Below are positions 50,922-59,878 of a DNA stretch of 64,000 nt, piece by piece; the stretch's first letter is position 1; each line of letters starts with the position of its first letter. Both the position numbers and the translations under genes were made by a program. The notes beneath the pieces are model-generated. The model saw nothing but the letters and a program-made list of their open reading frames with translations. It was not told the DNA's origin and did no database searches. Source of the DNA: Minisyncoccota bacterium (GTDB lineage Bacteria > Patescibacteriota > Minisyncoccia > Phycocordibacterales > UBA9973); contig JBAZXM010000003.1 in the NCBI GenBank assembly GCA_041659845.1, positions 4,641 to 68,640 of the forward strand. Direction: 5' to 3'.

Positions 50922-51986
50922 TTACGTAGTGGATAAAAAGCTTTTACGCTTTTCCACATCGTCAGAAAATTCCAAGATAGGCACAACGATAGGAATTGCA
51001 AGAATCAAACCCCAGAACCCGGCGAGTTCAGCGCCTACAATCACTGAAATAATGACTACAAGTGGCGAGATGCCAACAACTTTCTTCACGACAAGCGGAG
51101 CAATTAAATAGTTTTCAAACTGCTGAACTATCACATAAAATCCGGAAACAAGGAGCATAAGTGAAACTCCGCCTTCCGAATATGCGAATGCGATAGCGGG
51201 GATAGCGGCAAGTATGATACCAAAAGGAATAAGTTCGGAAAGCGCCGCAATAACTGCGAGTAAAAGCGCGTAGTGTACTCCCAAAATAGAAAGCCCTAGG
51301 AAAACCAGCACGCCGACTAAAATCCCGAGTAAGAGCTGGCCTTGGATCCAAAGGGCGATTTTTCGCTGTGAGCGGTCCCAGAGATTTATGACGTAATCCT
51401 CTTCTTTGCGCGGCGTCACAATGCGTAAAAACTTTTCAATCCCCTTTTCTTGAATCGAAAGATAGAAAGAAATAACGACTATCAAAACAAAATTAACAAT
51501 GCCTCCGAATGCAAGTGACAACATTTCCAAAAACCCGGCAGAAGCGCCAGAGGCTATAGCACGCGCATATGATGCAATATTCGTAATCGAATTATGTGAC
51601 AAATTTGAGGCCAATTCTTTAGCTCCAGTTATTGTTTCCGAAGAAAGCACCCCAAAAGAGTCGAGTCCTGGAAAGTATGCTGACATAGCAGTGGCAAGGT
51701 TGGACATTTCAATGATTAAAATTGGTGTGAAGAAGTAAAAGATGGTTATAATAACCGAAAACGATGCAAAATACATTAGAAAAACAGAAAGAGTGCGGTC
51801 GATGCCATACCGCGCCAGCCTTCGCGAAGCACGTTCGATAAATGATGCAATAACTATTGAAGTTAAAACAATAAGCACTATTTCTCGAAGGACGTATAGT
51901 GACACAAGCAAAAGGCCGAATAAAATCACTCGGATAATTGTGCCGTTCGATATTGCGAAAAGCTGTGGTTTTTCCTTCTCTGACAT
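50922..51986 (-). CDS. AI-2E family transporter (UPF0118/PerM-like)
   Basis: 354 aa, about 8 TM, typical architecture. Confidence 0.75.
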   Translation of the reverse strand: MSEKEKPQLFAISNGTIIRVILFGLLLVSLYVLREIVLIVLTSIVIASFIERASRRLARYGIDRTLSVFLMYFASFSVIITIFYFFTPILIIEMSNLATAMSAYFPGLDSFGVLSSETITGAKELASNLSHNSITNIASYARAIASGASAGFLEMLSLAFGGIVNFVLIVVISFYLSIQEKGIEKFLRIVTPRKEEDYVINLWDRSQRKIALWIQGQLLLGILVGVLVFLGLSILGVHYALLLAVIAALSELIPFGIILAAIPAIAFAYSEGGVSLMLLVSGFYVIVQQFENYLIAPLVVKKVVGISPLVVIISVIVGAELAGFWGLILAIPIVVPILEFSDDVEKRKSFLSTT

Positions 51987-52001
51987 AGACCTACTATAAC
52001 A

Positions 52002-53279
52002 CTATTTATTACTGAACGAAAGAATGGATTTGAATGCCTTTTGATCTTTAAACGGTCCGATTAAAGCAAAATTTAGATAGCGATTCGTGAATATTTCTTT
52101 TGCTAGACGCATGATTTCAGGTGCAGTGACTGAGCGGATTTTCTTAGCGATTTCTAGAGGTGTTTCAATCTTCTTTTTTAAAATCTCCTGCCCGCCTGTG
52201 AAATTCGCCAGAGAATCCGAAGATTCTAGTTCCAAATGCAAATTGCCTATCATGTAATCTTTAACTTTTTTAAGCTCATCTTCAAGTACCGGCTCTTTTA
52301 TTAAGCGCGTGCACTCGGCGAGGATTTCTTTCACTACTTCCGGTACGCGCTTCACATCAACACCGGCAGAAATTTCCAAAAATCCATGGTCGGTATACGC
52401 ATCATTCATGGAACGTACGTAGTAAGCAACACCCATTTCTTCGCGAAGCTTTTGGAATAATCTAGAGCTCATCCCCCCAGCAAGGATTGTCGATAGTACA
52501 TTCAATATGGGATTCTTTTTATTTAAAATATCATAAGCACGGACACCAAGTACAAAGTGTGCTTGGTCTGTTTTTTTATACTGCACAAATACTTGCGGAT
52601 TTGACTGTGTATCCTTAACACGAAGCTTGCCACCTTTAGAACTTACCCTTATTGGAGCGAAGTATTTCTCAACTTCCTTGACTGCTTCTTTTTCAGTTAT
52701 CGCGCCTGATACGACGACAGTAGTCGCTTTAGCCACATAGTGCATTTTTTTATATTCCACAAAATCATCACGCTTCATTTTTCGAATATTCTCTCTCGGC
52801 CCCGCTATACTCCAACCTGCCGGCTGATCGCCGTAAAGCAAAGATAAAAATAATTCTTGCACATGGCTCTGAGGCATATCTTCGTACATATTTATCTCTT
52901 CGATAATTACGCCTTTTTCTTTCTCCATTTCAGCTTCTGGAAACGTTGAGTGTAAATAAATATCTGAAACGACGTCCAAAATTTTTTTGAAATGCTTCTT
53001 TTCACTCTTGGCATAGTAGCCTGTGTATTCTTGCGAAGTGAAAGCATTGTATTGGCAACCAAGACTATCAAGCTCACGCGAAATCGCCATAGCTGTCGGG
53101 CGCTTCACGGTACCCTTGAAGCACATATGCTCCAAGAAGTGAGAAATGCCGTTTAATTTCTTTGTCTCGTATTTTGAACCGGTTTCTACTAGTACAAGTA
53201 CCGTTACCGTTGGATTATCCTTCATCGGCACAGTAATAATCCTCATCCCGTTCTTTAAAATTTTTTTCTTGAATTGCAT
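52002..53279 (-). CDS. M16-family (insulinase-like) zinc peptidase
   Basis: HFLEHMCFKGT inverted zinc-binding motif (HxxEH). Confidence 0.85.
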   Translation of the reverse strand: MQFKKKILKNGMRIITVPMKDNPTVTVLVLVETGSKYETKKLNGISHFLEHMCFKGTVKRPTAMAISRELDSLGCQYNAFTSQEYTGYYAKSEKKHFKKILDVVSDIYLHSTFPEAEMEKEKGVIIEEINMYEDMPQSHVQELFLSLLYGDQPAGWSIAGPRENIRKMKRDDFVEYKKMHYVAKATTVVVSGAITEKEAVKEVEKYFAPIRVSSKGGKLRVKDTQSNPQVFVQYKKTDQAHFVLGVRAYDILNKKNPILNVLSTILAGGMSSRLFQKLREEMGVAYYVRSMNDAYTDHGFLEISAGVDVKRVPEVVKEILAECTRLIKEPVLEDELKKVKDYMIGNLHLELESSDSLANFTGGQEILKKKIETPLEIAKKIRSVTAPEIMRLAKEIFTNRYLNFALIGPFKDQKAFKSILSFSNK

Positions 53280-53324
53280 AAGAAAAATATACCACAAAAT
53301 ACTTAAAAATACTTATTTAATAAA

Positions 53325-53361
53325 TCGCACTATATCTACGCTATAGCGTAATAATAGCGCG
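53325..53361. promoter_or_regulatory. imperfect palindrome containing ACGCTATAGCGT (operator copy 2)
   Basis: cgcactatatctACGCTATAGCGTaataatagcgcg, between the regulator gene's 3' end and the M16 peptidase start. Confidence 0.45.
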
Positions 53362-53389
53362 GTATGAAATAAGTACTAAAAAATTAACG

Positions 53390-53974
53390 CTACTTGAGAT
53401 TAAAAGCTTCTATGAGTGGTTTATCGTATTCTATTTTTTCCGCAATGACATAGAGGACATCTTTGCCTATTTTGAAATCAGCCTTAAGTAGAGTAATTAA
53501 ATCCTCGCAATCGTAAGGATAAATCCACACACTGTCTTGCAGGCGAATAAAACCGATTTGTAAAAGCGTACGCCTGATTTTATCGCGAGTACCTTTGCGT
53601 TCTTCCTTGATGTCGAAAATAAGCATTCGCCATTTACCGTCCCATCGTTTTGGTTTTTTGATTTTATAATCGCGCAATTCCAGTTGTCGCATTTTCGCCT
53701 CCCCTTTTCCAGTAAGACTAATAAAAGTTCCTTTTGGTGTTTTTTCAAAAATTATCAAACCATTCTCTTTTAATCTTGATACTGATCGATTGAACGAGTA
53801 CTTTCTGCTCTGTCTTTTCATAAACTCCGGTTCAAATTTCGCAAGCAGTTTTGTCATTTTGGGAGCAGATAAAGCAATACTTAACATCCCAACACTATAA
53901 ATAGTGGCCAAAATAATTTTTTGTATATTTGCCTTTCTGTTTCTTTGACGAACTTCTTTTTCTAAATTACCCAT
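53390..53974 (-). CDS. putative transcriptional regulator: N-terminal winged-helix plus C-terminal Cas2-fold/PaaX-like domain
   Basis: N-terminal region LSRLKENGLIIFEKTPKGTFISLTGKGEAK is wHTH-like. C-terminal WRMLIFDIKEERKGTRDKIRRTLLQIGFIRLQDSVWIYPYD matches the Cas2/PaaX-C beta-alpha-beta pattern. Confidence 0.45.
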   Translation of the reverse strand: MGNLEKEVRQRNRKANIQKIILATIYSVGMLSIALSAPKMTKLLAKFEPEFMKRQSRKYSFNRSVSRLKENGLIIFEKTPKGTFISLTGKGEAKMRQLELRDYKIKKPKRWDGKWRMLIFDIKEERKGTRDKIRRTLLQIGFIRLQDSVWIYPYDCEDLITLLKADFKIGKDVLYVIAEKIEYDKPLIEAFNLK

Positions 53975-53992
53975 TGCATAATTCTAGCATCT

Positions 53993-54026
53993 GCGCTATT
54001 TATACGCTATAGCGTATAAATAGCGC
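53993..54026. promoter_or_regulatory. perfect 34-bp palindrome GCGCTATTTATACGCTATAGCGTATAAATAGCGC (operator copy 1)
   Basis: Lies 19-52 nt upstream of the regulator start codon. Contains TATTTAT and TATAAAT boxes. Confidence 0.55.
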
Positions 54027-54081
54027 AGAGAGTACTTTCATACTTTCAGAGTTTTATTATAATCATGTTATATGATAATGA

Positions 54082-54855
54082 CTATTTGTGTTTTATTCCC
54101 TGTTTTTTAAATGCTTCGTATGTCTCTGGGCTGATAACCTTAGCATGACCAGTTGAATCATAATATACATACTGCCCCTTCCCGCCCGAGAGGTTTGTCG
54201 TATTCGGCTCATAATCAATCATGTTTTTTATTTCTCCTTGTTTTGTGTCTTGGATTTCTGCTTTTTTAATTTTTGGAGAAATAACTTCCTGAATTTTTTT
54301 CTCAGGCTCTGTCTCAACTTTTGTTTCCGGTTTATATATTATCTTCTGAGCTGGTTTTTTATAAAAAAATTCAGTAACATATTTTCCTTTGCCTTCTGGT
54401 AGTGACTCCGATGTAACAGAACTGAACCCTGGATGTGTTGGTTTAGGTTCTTTTTTGTTTTTTAATTTTAATTTATCAAACGCTTTTTTAAATTTTTTGT
54501 AAACAGACTGAGAATTACGCCATACCTCATAATTTGCCTTGGTTGAATGTTCAATTTTTATAGGTTCCAGATTGTTGTGTTTTTTTACCAAATCAACTAA
54601 ATCACCTGCGATATTATATAAATTTAGACTATCACGATATGTTTCTAATCTCGAATCATTTGGGTCATGTGTAATTATGGTGCCTTGGGGAATTTTGTCT
54701 TTGGTTTGAGCGTGAGATTCCTTAGACGGTAAAACGCTGGCAAGCATGGCAATGCCGGCTAAAGCGAATTTACGAGCAGTTTTTCCTAAACCTGATTTTT
54801 GTTCTAGTTTTTTCTCTTCTGGTTGTTCAGCTTCAATTTTAGGAAAATTTTCCAT
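54082..54855 (-). CDS. hypothetical secreted Lys-rich protein
   Basis: 257-aa ORF with signal/TM near the N-terminus. Confidence 0.5.
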   Translation of the reverse strand: MENFPKIEAEQPEEKKLEQKSGLGKTARKFALAGIAMLASVLPSKESHAQTKDKIPQGTIITHDPNDSRLETYRDSLNLYNIAGDLVDLVKKHNNLEPIKIEHSTKANYEVWRNSQSVYKKFKKAFDKLKLKNKKEPKPTHPGFSSVTSESLPEGKGKYVTEFFYKKPAQKIIYKPETKVETEPEKKIQEVISPKIKKAEIQDTKQGEIKNMIDYEPNTTNLSGGKGQYVYYDSTGHAKVISPETYEAFKKQGIKHK

Positions 54856-54860
54856 TTTTT

Positions 54861-56204
54861 TTATAAATCCTTAGAAATATATGCTATGAGTTCATCTTCA
54901 TGAATGCGATCTTGCTTGAGCGTATCGCGGTCGCGGACTGTGATGGTGCCGTCTTCGAGTGTTTGGAAGTCGATTACTACGCAGTATGGGGTTCCGATTT
55001 CATCTTGGCGGCGGTAACGCTTGCCGATATTACCATTGTCATCCCACATGATTTGAGGGATTGATGTTTTTACTTTTGCGTAGATTGCGCGAGCGCGCTC
55101 AACGAGCTCAGGTTTATTTTTCAAAAGTGGAGAAATCGCAGCCTTGACCGGAGCCATTTTGGGTGGGAATTTCAAATACACTCGATCCTCCCCTTCATTA
55201 CCCGGAACCGCTTCTTCGCGGTAAACACTTGAAATAAGTGCAAGCACAGTGCGGTCAAGACCGAATGAAGGCTCTATGACGTGCGGAATTATTTTTTCTC
55301 CCGATTCTTCATCAAGATACGAAAGTTCAACACCACTCACTTCGGAATGTTTAGTAAGGTCATAATTCGTACGATATGCGAGTCCATATAATTCTTTCTG
55401 TCCGAATGGAAATTCAAATTCAAAATCAATCGTGCGCTTAGAATAATGCGCGCGGTCATCTGCGGTAACTTCAACCTCATGGACTTTACCCATATCAATA
55501 CCGACATCATTAATCCACTCCAGCATCTCATCGCGGAAATATTCAAAATATTTTTCCCAATCTGATTCTTTCAAAAAGTATTCGATTTCCATCTGCTCGA
55601 ATTCTCGCACGCGAAAAATAAAATCTCGCGGAGTTATTTCGTTGCGGAATGCCTTGCCGATCTGTGCCAAACCGAATGGAAGCTTAGGATGAAATGAGTC
55701 GATAACATTTTTAAAATTAACAAACATCCCTTGCGCGGTCTCGGGGCGTAGATATGAAATAGATGAAGAATCTTCGACTGCTCCGACAGAAGTCTGGAAC
55801 ATCATATTAAAATTACGCTCCTCCCCGAAATTCCCGCCGCAATCAGGGCATTTGCTTTTATCATCCAAGTGATCGGTGCGGAAGCGGTGGTGGCATTTTT
55901 CACACTCAACCATCGGGTCGGAAAATCCAGAAACATGGCCGGAAGTTTTCCATACATTCTGATTCATTAAGATTGCCGCATCTATACCGTACATATCCTC
56001 ACGTTCATCGACGAATTTCCTCCACCAAAGTGCCTTAATGTTATTCTTCAAAACAACTCCCAAAGGACCGTAATCCCATGTGCCGGCAAGCCCACCATAA
56101 ATATCTGAGCCTTGGTAGATAAAGCCTTTACGCTTTGAAAGCGAAATAATCTTTTCCATTAATTGTTCATTTTTGATTAGAGACATAGCAGTATCATACA
56201 CCAA
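54861..56204 (-). CDS. glyQS: glycyl-tRNA synthetase (alpha2 dimeric type)
   Basis: Class II motifs; N-terminus YQGSDIYGGLAGTWDYGPLG; 447 aa. Confidence 0.9.
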   Translation of the reverse strand: MVYDTAMSLIKNEQLMEKIISLSKRKGFIYQGSDIYGGLAGTWDYGPLGVVLKNNIKALWWRKFVDEREDMYGIDAAILMNQNVWKTSGHVSGFSDPMVECEKCHHRFRTDHLDDKSKCPDCGGNFGEERNFNMMFQTSVGAVEDSSSISYLRPETAQGMFVNFKNVIDSFHPKLPFGLAQIGKAFRNEITPRDFIFRVREFEQMEIEYFLKESDWEKYFEYFRDEMLEWINDVGIDMGKVHEVEVTADDRAHYSKRTIDFEFEFPFGQKELYGLAYRTNYDLTKHSEVSGVELSYLDEESGEKIIPHVIEPSFGLDRTVLALISSVYREEAVPGNEGEDRVYLKFPPKMAPVKAAISPLLKNKPELVERARAIYAKVKTSIPQIMWDDNGNIGKRYRRQDEIGTPYCVVIDFQTLEDGTITVRDRDTLKQDRIHEDELIAYISKDL

Positions 56205-56210
56205 AGGTTT

Positions 56211-58124
56211 CTATCTCACCACTTTCTCATTACCAGATACGAATGCCGGGTCATTTGTGAGGCGTGTAGTCACTTGGCCGCGCTTGCTTGAAACTGTGGT
56301 ATTAGTAAAAGTATCTGTGCCGGAAAGTGTCGATTCAGAAACCAAAATCGGAACACTACCTACTTGCGTTATAGATGGTGTTAGCCCAACCTGGAAAGAA
56401 ACCTCTCGTGCCACTCCGGAGAACCCTGCTCCACGTGGCACTGAACCCGCCTTCCAAATAACTTGCCGACTAGACACATCAAAACTGACATCCTCGCCTG
56501 CGGGCGAAACAGTACCCAAGAAGCGCACGTAGACAGGCAGCGCCGCGCGAACTTCTGCATCAGAAACAGGATTAGCGGAATTAGCCATTGTCCACACTAT
56601 GGTATATGTGGTTTCCGTATCAGCTTTCGGCGGGATTGGGCCGGTATTTGTAAAAGCACCGGATGAATAGAGTGCTCGCGCAGCAAGATCAAGGCTTGTC
56701 GCGATTCGAATAATTTTCGTATCAGAATTATTAATCTCAGCCGCATTTTGACTCTCAGACAATTGACTACCCTTGATATCGATTGCCACCATGATAGATG
56801 GATCAGATATGATTGTTTGTGAACCGGTCAAAAGAGGTAATGGTGAGAATGTGAAGCTTAACTTCCCTGTTTCTCCGGGCTCTATTGTAGCTAGCTCTTT
56901 GCTTGTATTTTTATCCCAAATAATTTGACCGTTTTTTGAATCATAGAAGCCACCGAGAGGAGAGATTGAATTTGAATCAAGCGCATTACCAGTGACGCGC
57001 GCGGTTATTTGTACATCGTCAATTCGTGTCGGTAAATTATTCGTCCACACTATTTCCGCTCTGATCGGCGTAGTTCCGGAAACGACAAAATCTTTCTGGT
57101 CTTGCCCATTCACGATAAGCTTGGCCTCAAGGAACGGCTTCTTGATAGTAACACTGTGAAGCAATGAATTATATATGACGGCAATCGATGATTGATCTGT
57201 CTTGTCACCCTCGCCGGCATATGCACGGAAAGAACGTTCGTCTCCATCTTCACCATACAGCGATCCGATGATGGAAATGTTTTTCTCTGCGCCTTGCGCA
57301 AGGTCGCCGATAGACCATGCATTATTGCTGAAATCAGGCTTCGGATTTGCACTCGCGAATTGAAACCCTGGCGGATACTCCACTCTGACAAGCATGTTTT
57401 GAGCGGGCTTCGAAGCGTTCAAGGTCGCTTTGATATTGAGAGTGAACTGCTGATTGGAACTTGCTGTATTCGGAGCGTTGATTGAAATTGATAAAGGAGC
57501 GGAGTTGATAGTGATTGAATAGTGACGTTCTTTGACAAAAATGGCATTCGAACCGGCGACACGATACTCAAGCGTAGCTTTTACGTCTTTAATACTGCCC
57601 TGTTCACCATAGAGCGTGAGCTTTATGTTTTCATTTGCGGTCCGACCGGCTAAAATAGTGCCGAGGTCTTTACGAATTCGAACTATATCTTTTGTCTGGT
57701 CGCCTCCACCTTTAGAATATTCGATCACAAGAGAACTGAAATCGAGCGGGACGGTATTTTTATTAACCACTTCTATTTGAAGCGGAAGCTCTTCCCCACC
57801 GGCAGTGAATGCATTGCCTAAAATATTGATATCGATATTATCATTTGAGACAGCATTACCCCCGCCATAAAATTTGTATGCGACGAACCCAAGAACTGCA
57901 ACAAAAAAGACAATTGACCAAATAAAAAACTTTTTGAAAATTGAAGGACTTAATTTTGCCATGAAATTTTGCTTCGGGCCTTCCTCCTTATGAGACCATT
58001 CTGCGGGTACGGATAATTCTTTGCGATGAAGAGTGCCTTCCGTACGCTTACGGAGCAATTGATTGTTTTTAGTGTAGAGGCGCTTTTTTAATTCTTCTAT
58101 GTGATTTTCATCAGTCTCAGCCAT
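56211..58124 (-). CDS. hypothetical membrane-anchored extracellular protein (637 aa)
   Basis: One TM (FFIWSIVFFVAVLGFVAYKF) followed by a large beta-rich ectodomain. Confidence 0.55.
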   Translation of the reverse strand: MAETDENHIEELKKRLYTKNNQLLRKRTEGTLHRKELSVPAEWSHKEEGPKQNFMAKLSPSIFKKFFIWSIVFFVAVLGFVAYKFYGGGNAVSNDNIDINILGNAFTAGGEELPLQIEVVNKNTVPLDFSSLVIEYSKGGGDQTKDIVRIRKDLGTILAGRTANENIKLTLYGEQGSIKDVKATLEYRVAGSNAIFVKERHYSITINSAPLSISINAPNTASSNQQFTLNIKATLNASKPAQNMLVRVEYPPGFQFASANPKPDFSNNAWSIGDLAQGAEKNISIIGSLYGEDGDERSFRAYAGEGDKTDQSSIAVIYNSLLHSVTIKKPFLEAKLIVNGQDQKDFVVSGTTPIRAEIVWTNNLPTRIDDVQITARVTGNALDSNSISPLGGFYDSKNGQIIWDKNTSKELATIEPGETGKLSFTFSPLPLLTGSQTIISDPSIMVAIDIKGSQLSESQNAAEINNSDTKIIRIATSLDLAARALYSSGAFTNTGPIPPKADTETTYTIVWTMANSANPVSDAEVRAALPVYVRFLGTVSPAGEDVSFDVSSRQVIWKAGSVPRGAGFSGVAREVSFQVGLTPSITQVGSVPILVSESTLSGTDTFTNTTVSSKRGQVTTRLTNDPAFVSGNEKVVR

Positions 58125-58142
58125 ACCTCTATTGTAGCATGA

Positions 58143-58727
58143 CTAGAGCTGGCTTTCCCGAAGGGCGGTGTTGATTTCTCGCACTATGGATTGCTTCTCA
58201 GTAGAAGCAGAGGTGATGAGTTCCAAACTATACGGAGAAAGTATGAAATCTTTCGTTCGTTCACCATGAGCAATGTAACCGAGGTGATATAAAATACGGA
58301 GCACAAGAATAATTTCTGCTTGATCAAGCGCTTCGTTTGGAATAGATTCATTTTCCAAAAAAGTAAACATGCCTTGCACGTCGTCATATAGAGCTTCATG
58401 AACTTCCTCACCGGGGCAAAGCCTGCGGAGCAGGTTAAAAATATTCGCCACAAACATCCTCTTTTCATGGTTATGTAAAATAGCTTCATGCTCATTAATC
58501 TTCCCTGCGCTCGTTACTCGCCAAATTTCCTTCCCTCGAACGAGATCGACTTTCGCATATGAAAAATCTTGCAAGCTGAAGCGCAACCGCGAGCGCAAAT
58601 GTCGCACTCCCTGCACATGAGCAGACACTACACCGAGCTCTCTAGTGAAAAGCGTTAAAAATTTATTCGCCTCGCCCGTATTCGTATTTCCTAGGACAAA
58701 AGCATGAGTGTGGTAAATGTGGTGCAT
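58143..58727 (-). CDS. recO: DNA repair protein RecO
   Basis: N-terminal OB-fold (MHHIYHTHAFVLGNTNTGEANKFLTLFTRELGVV) and RecO-like length. Confidence 0.75.
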   Translation of the reverse strand: MHHIYHTHAFVLGNTNTGEANKFLTLFTRELGVVSAHVQGVRHLRSRLRFSLQDFSYAKVDLVRGKEIWRVTSAGKINEHEAILHNHEKRMFVANIFNLLRRLCPGEEVHEALYDDVQGMFTFLENESIPNEALDQAEIILVLRILYHLGYIAHGERTKDFILSPYSLELITSASTEKQSIVREINTALRESQL

Positions 58728-58730
58728 GAT

Positions 58731-59321
58731 CTATTTCGCAATTTCTAAAATACTTTCAAGCGCGGATGGAAGTTCACGACACCCACTTTTCCCATTCAAG
58801 TGACCACCATTAGGAATAGGAATAAGTTTACACTCAAGAACACCGGAAAGAAATTCTGCATGCTCAAAAGGAACCCTATCGTCATTGTCACCATGTATTA
58901 CCACAAATTTTTCACATGATGATTTTATTTTTTCAAAATCAAAAGGATGGTCTACAAAATGATCAATTTTTCTGATATCACCTTCTGTATCCTCAACACG
59001 CAGTGGTTTATATAAACCAGAAACGAGAACAGCGCCGGCAATTTTTTTACCTTCGGGAACTTGCTCAAGAAAACGCAAAACAGCCGGAACTCCAAGACTG
59101 TGCCCAACTAAACATACGTCTTCATACTTTTCTCCGACTGCTTTTTGTATAGTCTCCAACCATTCTTCAAAAATAGGATCATCGGGACTCGGCATACTAA
59201 GTGCTTCAGCCTCTATCCCCTTATTCTGTAATTCTTGAACAAGCCACGGCCTCCAACCACCAGTGGGCGAAGCATGAAAACCATGAATTATAATTACTCG
59301 TTTCATATTATTTTTATACAA
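58731..59321 (-). CDS. alpha/beta serine hydrolase, RBBP9/YdeN family (paralog 2)
   Basis: IIHGFHASP..W and GHSLG nucleophile elbow; 196 aa. Confidence 0.7.
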   Translation of the reverse strand: MYKNNMKRVIIIHGFHASPTGGWRPWLVQELQNKGIEAEALSMPSPDDPIFEEWLETIQKAVGEKYEDVCLVGHSLGVPAVLRFLEQVPEGKKIAGAVLVSGLYKPLRVEDTEGDIRKIDHFVDHPFDFEKIKSSCEKFVVIHGDNDDRVPFEHAEFLSGVLECKLIPIPNGGHLNGKSGCRELPSALESILEIAK

Positions 59322-59877
59322 CTTCCGCTAGAAGTTCCGGGAATGCATCGGTACCCATATCATCATAACAAAAGTGACCCATGTTTTTGAATTCAACAAC
59401 TTTAATATTCTTTATTTTATTTTTTAGGATTTCTAACGTATCCTGCATTTCTTTCTCATCATTTGTTGAACTAAAAACCATAACACCATTTGTTTTAGCA
59501 ACCAGATTTTCATCAATTTCAAAATCAAACATCCCAGTTTTTAAAAATGTATCCGGATCAATCCACGGAGCAACGAGTACAACCTTTCCAACTTTTACAT
59601 TGTTTTCACTGAGATATCTCACGATAAAACCGGCACCGCAAGAATGACCGATTAAAATAGTTTCTTGATTTAAGAGAAATTGTTCGAATATTTCTTTCCA
59701 AGAATTATAGTCTGGATTATATGGCACGGGCATTTCAGGGGTTTGAGCGACAATGTCTTTCAGTAAAAGTTGTTTTTGGATCCAAGGAAACCAGTGACGG
59801 TTGGAAGATGCTGGACGATTTATGTCGTAATATTCTTCTTTATTTGGCATTCCATGAATTATAATTGCGGTTTTCAT
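59314..59877 (-). CDS. alpha/beta serine hydrolase, RBBP9/YdeN family (paralog 1)
   Basis: IIHGMPN..W and GHSCG; 187 aa. Tandem with the previous gene and overlaps it by 8 nt. Confidence 0.7.
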   Translation of the reverse strand: MKTAIIIHGMPNKEEYYDINRPASSNRHWFPWIQKQLLLKDIVAQTPEMPVPYNPDYNSWKEIFEQFLLNQETILIGHSCGAGFIVRYLSENNVKVGKVVLVAPWIDPDTFLKTGMFDFEIDENLVAKTNGVMVFSSTNDEKEMQDTLEILKNKIKNIKVVEFKNMGHFCYDDMGTDAFPELLAEVV

Positions 59878-59878
59878 A

